Origin: Dongiaceae bacterium
GTDB taxonomy: Bacteria > Acidobacteriota > Polarisedimenticolia > Gp22-AA2
Direction: 5' to 3'
Length of the DNA: 33,422 nt
NCBI GenBank assembly: GCA_035511355.1
Contig: DATKFL010000278.1
Coordinates: forward strand, 1 to 33,422
In this document: positions 10,319-18,400 of the stretch, piece after piece
How positions within the stretch are numbered: position 1 is the stretch's first letter
Layout: each line of letters starts with the position of its first letter
Notes under the pieces: generated by a model
Told to the model about the DNA's origin: nothing
Databases searched by the model: none
Seen by the model: only the letters and a program-made list of their open reading frames with translations
Translations under genes and position numbers: made by a program

Positions 10319-13074
10319 CAGAGCCCACCGCCGGTGCGCTGGTGGAAATCGATCACGTTGCCGACCCCCTTGAGATTGATCAGGAACCGGAATTCGGTCT
10401 GCTCCGAGCCGACGAAGTTCCGGTTAAGGTACTCCAGCTGGAACCCGCAGCACTGCGTGTTGTAGCCGGCGCGGTAGCGCTGGTCGCGCATGCGCGGCTC
10501 CCCCTCGACCACGTCGCCCAGCTCGTAGTTGATCTGGAAGCCGAGCAGGAGCCGGCGCGCGAAGACCGTGGTCTCCCCCATCAACCCGATCTGGCTGCGA
10601 TCGAACGGCGTCGTGAACGCCAGCCCCTGGTCCTCGAGAGCCTTCCCCTCGAGGTCGCGGGTCACCGTCCAGGTCAGATCGAGGAAGCCGCGGCCGGGGC
10701 TCCTGAGATTCGCGCTCAGGCTGGCCTCCCGCACCTGGCGGAAGAGAACGTCGAACGACGTCCGCATGTCGATGCTGGTGTTGATCGACGGGTTGAACCG
10801 CAGCGTGCCGCGGATCGGCGACACCGGCCGGTTTTCGCCGAGCGCCGCGGAGATCGACAGAGGCCCGAGGAACGAGTAGTCCTGGGTGACCTCGAGGGTC
10901 GCCACCTCGACCGTGTTGAGCGATTTCGGGCTGCCGGAGCCGGCCGCGGGCGTCTCGCCGGTGCCGGGCGGGGCGATCGAGGTGTTCGCCTTGCGGAGAA
11001 GGTCGGCGAGCTGATCCTGCGGTCCGCCCATCGACCCGGGGACGTCGGTCCCGGGGAAGCCGGTCTGCGCCTCGCCGGTCGCCGGCCGCCGCGCGAACAG
11101 CCGCGTGGTCAGGCCGTAGGTCAGGCGGTTCGACTCCCCGGGGATGGTGTCGATCTCGTCGAACGGGATGATCCGGGTGCTGTTCTCCACCGACGAGATG
11201 TAGGTGTAGCGCAGCGTCGGCTCCCACGAGTTCTTGAATTGCGGCGAGAAGTGCGAGTCGGGCGTGTCGAAGATGCGGTTGAACTTGGGGCCGACGAGGC
11301 TCAACCCTGCCTGGTACAGCCGCCGGTCGAGGTTGTCGTCGACGATCGCCGTGATCTCGGCGTCGCGCACGCCGTTCCCCTCGCCGTAGTCGCCGGTGCC
11401 GGGAATGCCGTCGCAGCCGATGTCCTCGGCGGCGTCGAAGACGCCGTCGCCGTTCAGGTCGGCCTCGCGATCGGCCAGCCCGTTCCCCTCCCCGTAGTCC
11501 CCCGAGTCGGGGATGTTGTCGCACCCGACGTCGCCGCGCTGGCTGCGGGTGTAGTAGGTGGCGCGCGCCGAGGCGGTCGCCTCCACGTCGAGCCACGGCA
11601 GGGGGGAAAGCTGCGAGGAGATCTGCGGGAAGGCATCGGCGCGCTCGTAGGTGGTGTCGCGATCCCCGCGATCGAGGTGGTCGACCGTCCCCTCGACGGC
11701 GAAGAAGAAGGGCGAGTCGGCGATCCTCTGGCGCCGTCCGCGGAACTCGACCTCCGGCGCCACCCAGCGGACGATGGTGTCCTGCACGAACCCCAGGGTC
11801 GGGCCGCCGACCGGCACGAGCAGGACCGGGTCCTGCACCAGGAGCTCGCGGCGCTCCGTCCAGGCGTTCAGGGAGTAGAAGCCCCAGTTGCGCGTCAGGT
11901 ACGCCTTGCTGACCGCTTGCGGGCTCGACGACACCCGGATGTCGCGCTCGAAGTCGAGGTAGTAGTCGAAATCGCTGACGAAGTTGGCGTTCACCACGAA
12001 GCGCCACTCGGAGGTCAGGTCCTGCTGGTGGTTGTAGTCGATCACCCAGCGATCGACCGGGACGCCGGGGACGTTCTCCTCCTTGGCCACCTGGTCGCGG
12101 ATGTAGTAGCCCGAGAAATGGCCGCGCCCGGTCTCGCTCGGCATGTAGCGATACTCCAGGCCCGAGCCGTATCCCGACTTCGACATGTAGTCGAAGTAGT
12201 AGGTCGCGTCCATGCTCCGGTTCATGGCCCAGTACCAGGCGTCGGAGATGACCGTGCCGCTGCGCTTGGAGAACCCGAACTCCGGGAAGAGGAGGCCGGA
12301 GACCCGGTCGCGCTTGATCGGCCAGACGAGGTACGGGGTGTAGAAGACCGTCGCCTTGCCGACCTTGAAGGACAGGTCGTGAAGATAGGCGTATTCGTCG
12401 AGGCGCAGGATCCCGTGGCCGATCTTGAACGACCAGTAGGGCGTCGGCTGCGTGCAGGCGGTGAACGAGGCATTCTCGAGGACCAGCTCGGTCTTCGACG
12501 TCTGCTCGACGCGCGCCGCTTCGAACAGGATGCTCGGCTCGGCGTAACCGCGTGCATTGAGGAACTGCCCGGTGCCGGTCTCGAGGTTGTAGTCGAGGCT
12601 GTCCGCGGTGATCCGGACCTTCGACTGGTCGAGGACGACGTTCCCCTCGGCATGCGCCTGGTGGGTCGACGGCACGTAGCGCACGAGGTCGGCCTGCAGC
12701 CGCAGGTCACCGCACTTGATGTCGACATATTCCTTGAGGATCAACTCCTCGGGGTCGAGCACCGACCCGGGTCCGGCGGCGATCTCGAGGGCGCAGCCGC
12801 CCGGACCGGCGCCGGCGACGGTCGGTGCCACCGAGACGCCGCCGTGCGTCGCGCCGGGCGTCGGAGCGGCGGGCGGCGCGGGCGGCGGCGTCGGCGCGTC
12901 GGCGGCCGGCGGCGCGGGCGCCTCGGGTCCCCCGGCGGCCGGCGGGGTGACCGGGGGTGGCTGGGTCTCCTGCGCGGGGGGATCGTCGGCAACCGCGAGC
13001 GCCGGCACGCCGGCGAAGGCCGCGCCGAGAAGCGCCATCAGGAACGGCAGGCGTAGTGGGCGGCGGCGCCGCAT
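10318..13074 (-). CDS. lptD: LptD/OstA-family outer-membrane LPS-assembly protein, with a Pro-rich N-terminal linker and a Ca-binding-like insertion
   Basis: Signal peptide MRRRRPLRLPFLMALLGAAFAGVPALA. OstA-N jellyroll (LRLQADLVRY..AEGNVVL..ITADSLDYNLETG) followed by a long beta-barrel (FTACT...YWSF, SGLLFPEFGFS, WYW...). ATG 13074 shares one nt with the upstream TGA; the 1209-aa track ORF is a run-on into the upstream gene. Confidence 0.85.
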   Translation of the reverse strand: MRRRRPLRLPFLMALLGAAFAGVPALAVADDPPAQETQPPPVTPPAAGGPEAPAPPAADAPTPPPAPPAAPTPGATHGGVSVAPTVAGAGPGGCALEIAAGPGSVLDPEELILKEYVDIKCGDLRLQADLVRYVPSTHQAHAEGNVVLDQSKVRITADSLDYNLETGTGQFLNARGYAEPSILFEAARVEQTSKTELVLENASFTACTQPTPYWSFKIGHGILRLDEYAYLHDLSFKVGKATVFYTPYLVWPIKRDRVSGLLFPEFGFSKRSGTVISDAWYWAMNRSMDATYYFDYMSKSGYGSGLEYRYMPSETGRGHFSGYYIRDQVAKEENVPGVPVDRWVIDYNHQQDLTSEWRFVVNANFVSDFDYYLDFERDIRVSSSPQAVSKAYLTRNWGFYSLNAWTERRELLVQDPVLLVPVGGPTLGFVQDTIVRWVAPEVEFRGRRQRIADSPFFFAVEGTVDHLDRGDRDTTYERADAFPQISSQLSPLPWLDVEATASARATYYTRSQRGDVGCDNIPDSGDYGEGNGLADREADLNGDGVFDAAEDIGCDGIPGTGDYGEGNGVRDAEITAIVDDNLDRRLYQAGLSLVGPKFNRIFDTPDSHFSPQFKNSWEPTLRYTYISSVENSTRIIPFDEIDTIPGESNRLTYGLTTRLFARRPATGEAQTGFPGTDVPGSMGGPQDQLADLLRKANTSIAPPGTGETPAAGSGSPKSLNTVEVATLEVTQDYSFLGPLSISAALGENRPVSPIRGTLRFNPSINTSIDMRTSFDVLFRQVREASLSANLRSPGRGFLDLTWTVTRDLEGKALEDQGLAFTTPFDRSQIGLMGETTVFARRLLLGFQINYELGDVVEGEPRMRDQRYRAGYNTQCCGFQLEYLNRNFVGSEQTEFRFLINLKGVGNVIDFHQRTGGGL
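11341..11535 (-). repeat. Intragenic tandem duplication in lptD encoding two Cys-containing acidic Gly/Asp repeats
   Basis: GCDNIPDSGDYGEGNGLADREADLNGDGVFDAAEDI is followed by GCDGIPGTGDYGEGNGVRDAEI. The two units are clearly related at both protein and DNA level. DLNGDGVFD resembles DxDxDG-type calcium-binding loops. Confidence 0.6.
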
Positions 13075-13883
13075 CAAAGGACGGCGACCCCCGCATAAGC
13101 GACGACCGAGTCGTGGTCTCCCGTTCGCTCGCCGGAGTGCCCGTACGCGACCAGGCGCGCCTCCGAGGCCCCGAGCGCGACCGCCGCCTCGAGCCCGGCG
13201 ACCACCGGTGCCATGCCGCACATGCTGATGTCGGCGGCGGTCACCTCGCGGTGCAGCCCCGCCGGGTCGAGGGCCAGAAGCGGGGCAAGCGCCCGGCGAT
13301 CCAGGCGGTCGGCCTCGGTCGCGGGCAGGTAGTGCGACATGTCGCTCGAAAGGACGAGAAGGGTCGGCGCCGCGATCGCCGCGACCGCCTGGGCAATCGC
13401 CCGCCCGAGATCGAGAAGCCTCCCGAGACGGTGGGTGCCGACGCAGATCGGCACGAAGCTGAACGACGGGGCGAGCTGCTGCAGGAGCGGGATCTGCACT
13501 TCGAGGGAGTGCTCGCGCTGGTGCGCGACTGCGTCGATCGACGCCCCGCCGCAGCGTTCGAGAATCGCGGCGGCGAGCGGCGCGTCGATGGGAACGTCGC
13601 CGAACGGCGTTCTCCAGTCCCCCTCCGCCATCACGGCGATCGGCTCCCCCAACCCCGTATGGTTCGGTCCCAGGATCACCACCCGCCCCGGAAGGTGGGT
13701 CGCGAGATACGTTTCGACGGCGATGCCGCCCGAATAGATGTAGCCGGCATGCGGAACCATGACCGCGATCGCGGCGGGCGCGCGTGGCGGGCGACGCCCC
13801 GCGACGAACCCCGCGATCTCGGCTTCGAGCGCTCTCGGATCGGCCGGATAGAAGGTGCCGGCCACGGCGGGCCTGCGAATCAT
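13074..13883 (-). CDS. MEMO1-family protein (AmmeMemoRadiSam system protein B-like)
   Basis: AVAGTFYP, VPHAGYIYSG, LGPNH, HSLEVQIPLLQ, SSDMSHY and MCG motifs typical of the Memo family. First gene of the lptD operon. Confidence 0.8.
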   Translation of the reverse strand: MIRRPAVAGTFYPADPRALEAEIAGFVAGRRPPRAPAAIAVMVPHAGYIYSGGIAVETYLATHLPGRVVILGPNHTGLGEPIAVMAEGDWRTPFGDVPIDAPLAAAILERCGGASIDAVAHQREHSLEVQIPLLQQLAPSFSFVPICVGTHRLGRLLDLGRAIAQAVAAIAAPTLLVLSSDMSHYLPATEADRLDRRALAPLLALDPAGLHREVTAADISMCGMAPVVAGLEAAVALGASEARLVAYGHSGERTGDHDSVVAYAGVAVL

Positions 13884-13919
13884 GGCCGTGTTCCCAAAAA
13901 AACCGCGCCATGCTAGCAG

Positions 13920-13947
13920 ACAGTACCGGCAAAGTAAAGAAACTCAA
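13920..13947 (-). promoter_or_regulatory. Candidate sigma-70 promoter of the memo-lptD operon
   Basis: Minus strand reads TTGAGT (13947..13942), 16 nt, TACTGT (13925..13920), about 37 nt upstream of ATG 13883 in an AT-richer intergenic region. Confidence 0.3.
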
Positions 13948-13978
13948 CCACTTGCGATGCCCGGCCGGGCCGCCGCCG

Positions 13979-13987
13979 TGGTATCAT
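13979..13987 (+). promoter_or_regulatory. Candidate extended -10 element (TGgTATCAT) for the C-N hydrolase/radical SAM operon
   Basis: TGGTATCAT lies 36 nt upstream of ATG 14024, with no acceptable -35 at 16-18 nt. The 10-mer GGTATCATCC recurs upstream of lemA. Confidence 0.3.
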
Positions 13988-14023
13988 CCGGGCTTTCACA
14001 ACGCTTCGTGAGGTAGGTTCCGG

Positions 14024-14956
14024 ATGACCGCCGCTCGCGGCAGGAAGAGGCGTGATCCAGGTGGCGGGGCGGGGCGCCGAGGGGGTCTCCGGATCGCCCT
14101 GGCGCAGCATGCCCCGATCCTCGGGGATCTCCGTCGCAACGTGCACGCGCACGTCGAGCTGGCGCGCCGCGCCGCGGCGCGGGGCGCCGATCTGGTGGTC
14201 TTCCCCGAACTGAGCCTGACCGGATACCGCCTGCAGGATCTCGTGTCGGAAGTCGCCGTGCGGCTCGATCGCCCCGGACCGCTCGCCCCCCTGCTCGCGG
14301 CCAGCCGCCGCATCGGCATCGTCGCCGGCCTGGTCGAGGAGTCGGAGGGTCACCGTTTCTACAACGCGGCGGTCCATTTCGAGGGCGGGCGGATCCGCCA
14401 CGTGCACCGCAAGGTGTATCTCCCGACCTACGGAATGTTCGAGGAGGGGCGCTACTTCTCCGCGGGCGACACCTTTGCCGCCTATCGCAGCGCCGCCGGC
14501 CGCACCGGCCTGCTCGTCTGCGAGGACGCCTGGCACCCGGCGAGCGCCCTGGTCCTGGCGCAGGACGGCGCCGACCTCGTGCTCGTCCTCGCGAACGGGC
14601 CGAGCCAGGCGGTCGGCGTCGCGGGCGGGCCGCGCAACCACGAGACCTGGCTCGATCTCGCGCGCGTGACGGCGCAGATGCAGACCGTCTTCGTCGCCTT
14701 CGTGAACCGGGTCGGGGTCGAGGATGGGGTCGGCTTCTTCGGCGCCTCGATGGTGGTCGACCCGCTCGGCCGGGTGGTCGCCTCGGCGCCGACGCTGCGC
14801 GAGGATCTGATCGTCGCCGATCTCGACCGCGCGCTTCTCCGCCGGGCGCGCACCTACTACCCGCTCCTGCGCGACGAGCGGCTGCCGGTCCTGGCGCGCG
14901 AGATCGCCCGCCTGGCCTCCGCCCCGCAGGCGCGCCGCGGTCCGGGGGGCACGTGA
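14024..14956 (+). CDS. Carbon-nitrogen hydrolase (nitrilase superfamily amidase)
   Basis: Catalytic triad contexts VVFPELSLTGY (Glu), HRKVYLPTYG (Lys) and LLVCEDAWHP (Cys). The stop overlaps the downstream GTG (GTGA at 14953..14956). Confidence 0.85.
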   Translation: MTAARGRKRRDPGGGAGRRGGLRIALAQHAPILGDLRRNVHAHVELARRAAARGADLVVFPELSLTGYRLQDLVSEVAVRLDRPGPLAPLLAASRRIGIVAGLVEESEGHRFYNAAVHFEGGRIRHVHRKVYLPTYGMFEEGRYFSAGDTFAAYRSAAGRTGLLVCEDAWHPASALVLAQDGADLVLVLANGPSQAVGVAGGPRNHETWLDLARVTAQMQTVFVAFVNRVGVEDGVGFFGASMVVDPLGRVVASAPTLREDLIVADLDRALLRRARTYYPLLRDERLPVLAREIARLASAPQARRGPGGT

Positions 14957-16650
14957 AGATCCTCCTGGCCTACAAGTGCCACGATCTCGGCCGGATGGAG
15001 TTCTACTCGCGCTTCACCCCGCTCGGCCTCGGAACCATCGCCGCGCACCTGCGCCGCGAGGGGTTCGACGCCACGCTGGTCAATCTCTCCGCCTGGTCCT
15101 GGCCGAAGGTGGCGCGCTATCTCGAGGCCGAGCGCGCCGATCTCGTCGGCGTCTCCGCCTTCACCTTCAACCGGCACGAAGCGATGCGGGTGGCGGCCCT
15201 GGCGCGCGCCGCCAACCCCGCTGCGTTGATCGTAGCCGGCGGGCCGCACGCCACCCACCTGCCGGAGCCGCTGCTCGAGTCCTATCCCGCCGTCGATCTC
15301 GTGGTGCGCGGCGAGGGGGAGGAGACGCTCCTCGACCTGGCGCGCCGGGTCGCGACCGGGACGGCGTTGCGCGGCGCCAGCGCCGGCGCCGCCCTCGCGA
15401 ACATTCCCGGGATCACCTGGCGCGACGGTGCGGGACTCCGCGCCAACCCCGATCGCCCGGTGATCCTGGATCTCGACCGGCTGCCGCACCCCGCCGCCAA
15501 CCCGGCGATCGTCGGCATCGAGGCCGATTCCCAGTTCGAGTTCACCATCACCTCGCGCGGCTGCCCCGCCGCCTGCACCTTCTGCTCCTCGCCGGAGTTC
15601 TGGGGGCGCGGGCTGCGCTTCCGCTCGGCAGCGCACATGCTGGACGAGGTGCGGCTCCTCCGGGAGCGGCACGGCGTGGTCTACGTTTCGGTGCGCGACG
15701 ACACCTTCACGGTGAACAAGAAACGGGTGATCGACTTCTGCCGCGGCCTCATCGACGCGAAGCTCGACCTTCTCTGGGACTGCCAGTCGCGGGTCAACAT
15801 CGTCGACGAGGAGCGGCTGGTCTGGATGCGCCGCGCCGGCTGCACCCACATCCAGTACGGCGTCGAGTCGGGTTCGCCGCGCATGCTGGAGCGGCTCAAC
15901 AAGGGGATCCGGCTCGAGGAGATCCGCGCCGCCGCGGCCCTGACGCGCAGGGTCGGTCTCGGACTGTCGATCTACCTGATCACCGGCATCGACTCGGAGA
16001 ACGACGACGACCTCGGCTCGACCCTGCGGCTGATCGAGGAGATCCGCCCGCACGACGGCCTGGTGTCGCCGCTCACCGTCTACCCCGGGACCGGTCTGTA
16101 CGAGGAGGCGAAGCGCCGATTCGGCCTCGGCGACGACTACTGGGTGAACGATCGACGCGAGGCCTACTACGTGCGCGAGGATCCCTGGACCCGGCGCGCG
16201 GTGCGCACCCTGCGATCGGCGCTCAAGCGGGTCGGTCGCGACGCCGCCTACGGCCCGGAGGACTTCGCGCGGCAGCGGGCCCTGGTCGGCGACTGCTACG
16301 CGCTGCGGCTCGCCGTGGGCGAATACGAGGAGCGGCGCGGCCGGCTGCGCGCCGCGGCGGCGGAGTACGAGCGCCTCCTCGCCGACGACCCCGCGAGTCT
16401 CTGGGCGCGGATGCGGCTCGGGCATGTCGCGCTGCGGCGGAAGCGACCGGCCGAGGCGGTGGCGCACTACCACGCCGCGGCCGCGCTCGTCCCCGCCTTC
16501 CGGCACGCGCGCCGCATGCTGCGCGAGAGCCGGGCGCGCGCCGCGGCCGCCGGCGTTTCGGTGACCGCGACGCGGCGTGCCGCGCCACCGCGGGCCGGGT
16601 TCGGGCGACGGCCGGCGGCGCGGGCCGCGGGCGCGCCCGCCTCCGCCTGA
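14953..16650 (+). CDS. B12-binding-domain (class B) radical SAM protein with a C-terminal TPR-like region
   Basis: N-terminal cobalamin-binding-like Rossmann domain (DLVGVSAFT...IVAGGPHAT...VVRGEGE), a CPAACTFC (CxxxCxxC) cluster, a radical SAM TIM-barrel core, and a C-terminal helical-repeat tail (AAAEYERLLADDP...). Confidence 0.8.
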   Translation: MKILLAYKCHDLGRMEFYSRFTPLGLGTIAAHLRREGFDATLVNLSAWSWPKVARYLEAERADLVGVSAFTFNRHEAMRVAALARAANPAALIVAGGPHATHLPEPLLESYPAVDLVVRGEGEETLLDLARRVATGTALRGASAGAALANIPGITWRDGAGLRANPDRPVILDLDRLPHPAANPAIVGIEADSQFEFTITSRGCPAACTFCSSPEFWGRGLRFRSAAHMLDEVRLLRERHGVVYVSVRDDTFTVNKKRVIDFCRGLIDAKLDLLWDCQSRVNIVDEERLVWMRRAGCTHIQYGVESGSPRMLERLNKGIRLEEIRAAAALTRRVGLGLSIYLITGIDSENDDDLGSTLRLIEEIRPHDGLVSPLTVYPGTGLYEEAKRRFGLGDDYWVNDRREAYYVREDPWTRRAVRTLRSALKRVGRDAAYGPEDFARQRALVGDCYALRLAVGEYEERRGRLRAAAAEYERLLADDPASLWARMRLGHVALRRKRPAEAVAHYHAAAALVPAFRHARRMLRESRARAAAAGVSVTATRRAAPPRAGFGRRPAARAAGAPASA

Positions 16651-16663
16651 CCCTGCACCGCCT

Positions 16664-17770
16664 TCAGGCCATCGATTCCAGGATCCGGATGCGCGACTCG
16701 ATCGGCGGGTGGGTGCTGAACAGCGCGCTCGCGCCGGGCCCGGCGGCGCGCACCGGGTTCGCGATGAACAGATGCTGGGTGGCGCGATTCGCCGCCTCGA
16801 GCGGCGCCGGGTCCGAGCCGATGCGCCGGAGCGCGCCGGCGAGCGCCAGGGGGTTCCGGGTCATCTCCACCGCCGAGGCGTCGGCGTAGAGCTCGCGGCG
16901 CCGCGAGATCGCCATCTGCAGCAGCCGCGACGCCAGCGGCGCGAGCAGCGCCATCACGAGCGCGATCAGCACGACGAGGACGCCGCCGCCCCGCGAGCCG
17001 CCCCGTCGTCCCCCGACACCGACCCAGCGCGTCGATCGGAGATGCGCGTCGGCCACCATCGCCACGCCCGCGACCAGGATCCCCGCGATCGTCGCGAAGC
17101 GGACGTCGAGATTGCGGATGTGGCTCATCTCGTGCGCGAGCACTCCCTGCAGCTGATCCCGGTCGAGCTTGTCGAGAAGACCGCGGGTCACCGCGATCGC
17201 CGCGGTCGCCGGCGAGCGTCCCGTGGCGAAGGCGTTCGGCGCGGCGGTCTCCATGATGTAGAGGCGCGGCTTCGGAAGCCCCGACGCGATGGCGAGCTCC
17301 TCGACGACGTTGTGCAGCATCGGCGCCTCGGCCGGCGTCACTTCCCTGGCGTCGCTGGCCGCGAGGATGGCGCTCGATCCCCCGAACCAGGCGAACCCCG
17401 CGCTGGCGAGACCGAGCGCGACGCTCAGGAGAAGTCCGGCGCGCACCGTGCCGTAGGCGCCGCCGATCGATCCGCCGAGGAGGGCGAGCACCAGGACGAA
17501 CCCCGACATCAGGAGCCACGACCGCCAGCGGTTCGCCGCCTGCTCGGCACGGAAGTCGCGCCGCCGGCCGATCGGACCCGCGGGCGCGGCAGCGGGCGCA
17601 GTGGGCGGCGCGAGCGCGCGGGCCGGCGCCGCGGGCGGGGCCGCCGCAGCCGGCGGCGGGGCAAGCGCGCGCCCGCCGACCGGGGCCGGGAAGCGCTCCT
17701 GGCAGAGCTCGCAATACTCCGCGCGCGGGGCGTTCAGCGCGCCGCAGCGCGGGCAGGGGACGCGCTCCAT
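16664..17770 (-). CDS. M48-family (HtpX-like) zinc metalloprotease with an N-terminal zinc ribbon
   Basis: MERVPCPRCGALNAPRAEYCELC (CxxC..CxxC), an Ala/Pro-rich linker, TM helices, NAFATG, HEMSHIRNLD and STHPPIESRI. The ATG lies 1 nt after the lemA stop. Confidence 0.85.
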   Translation of the reverse strand: MERVPCPRCGALNAPRAEYCELCQERFPAPVGGRALAPPPAAAAPPAAPARALAPPTAPAAAPAGPIGRRRDFRAEQAANRWRSWLLMSGFVLVLALLGGSIGGAYGTVRAGLLLSVALGLASAGFAWFGGSSAILAASDAREVTPAEAPMLHNVVEELAIASGLPKPRLYIMETAAPNAFATGRSPATAAIAVTRGLLDKLDRDQLQGVLAHEMSHIRNLDVRFATIAGILVAGVAMVADAHLRSTRWVGVGGRRGGSRGGGVLVVLIALVMALLAPLASRLLQMAISRRRELYADASAVEMTRNPLALAGALRRIGSDPAPLEAANRATQHLFIANPVRAAGPGASALFSTHPPIESRIRILESMA

Positions 17771-17771
17771 T

Positions 17772-18326
17772 TTACGGGCGCAGGTCGACCTTCACCGGCT
17801 CCTGCTCGGACGCGGGGACTTCGAAGAGCGGCTCCTCGCGGAAGCCGAACGCGTTGGCGATGAAGTTGGTCGGGATGGTCTGCAGACGCGTGTTGTAGGT
17901 GGTGACGCTGTCGTTGTAGTACTGCCGCGCGAAGGCGATGCGGTTCTCGGTCGAGGTGAGCTCTTCCTGGAGGCGGCCGACGTTCTCGTTCGCCTTGAGC
18001 TGCGGGTACGACTCGACGACCGCGAACAGCGACCGGAGGGCGCCGGTGAGCGCCCCCTCGGCGGCGGCCGCACCGGCGACGCCGTTGGCGCCGATGGCGG
18101 CGTTGCGCGCCTTGATCACCTTCTCGAGCGTCTCCTGCTCGTACCCCATCGCGTCCTTCACCACCTCGACCAGGTTCGGAATCAGATCGTGCCGGCGTTT
18201 GAGTTGCACGCCGATCTGCTGCCAGGCGTTCTTCACCTGGTTGCGGAGCGAAACGAGGCCGTTGTAGGCGCCGACGAAGAACACGACGGCGCCTCCCACG
18301 AGCACGAGCAGGACGATTCCGAACAT
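17772..18326 (-). CDS. lemA: LemA-family membrane protein
   Basis: N-terminal TM helix, then YNGLVSLRNQVKNAWQQIGVQLKRRHDLIPNLVEVVK ... YPQLKANENV..LQEELTSTENRIAFARQYYND. SD GGAGGGA upstream of ATG 18326. Confidence 0.9.
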   Translation of the reverse strand: MFGIVLLVLVGGAVVFFVGAYNGLVSLRNQVKNAWQQIGVQLKRRHDLIPNLVEVVKDAMGYEQETLEKVIKARNAAIGANGVAGAAAAEGALTGALRSLFAVVESYPQLKANENVGRLQEELTSTENRIAFARQYYNDSVTTYNTRLQTIPTNFIANAFGFREEPLFEVPASEQEPVKVDLRP

Positions 18327-18400
18327 GCGGTCCCTCCGCGCCGACGATCCCGTGGCGTCGGTGGATGATACCGTGCCGGGCCCCCGGGGGTGCCCTGCAT

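Noticed and set aside
10318-13947. 1209-aa version of the lptD ORF, and the 628-aa (8442..10328) and 524-aa (7090..8664) versions of the downstream ORFs
   Set aside because: The extended N-terminal parts run through the upstream genes in another frame and translate to Arg-rich junk. Internal ATGs sitting exactly at 1- or 4-nt stop/start overlaps give proteins with proper N-termini (a signal peptide for LptD, a Rossmann motif for the SDR).
13952-13987. TTGCGA as the -35 partner of the TATCAT -10
   Set aside because: The spacer would be 24 nt, far outside the 16-19 nt range. Only the extended -10 reading was kept, at low confidence.
13074-16650. A complete AmmeMemoRadiSam system (Memo plus AMMECR1 plus radical SAM)
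   Set aside because: Only the Memo-like component is present. There is no AMMECR1-like gene. The nearby radical SAM gene is divergently transcribed and of the B12-binding class, not the PFL-activase-like partner.
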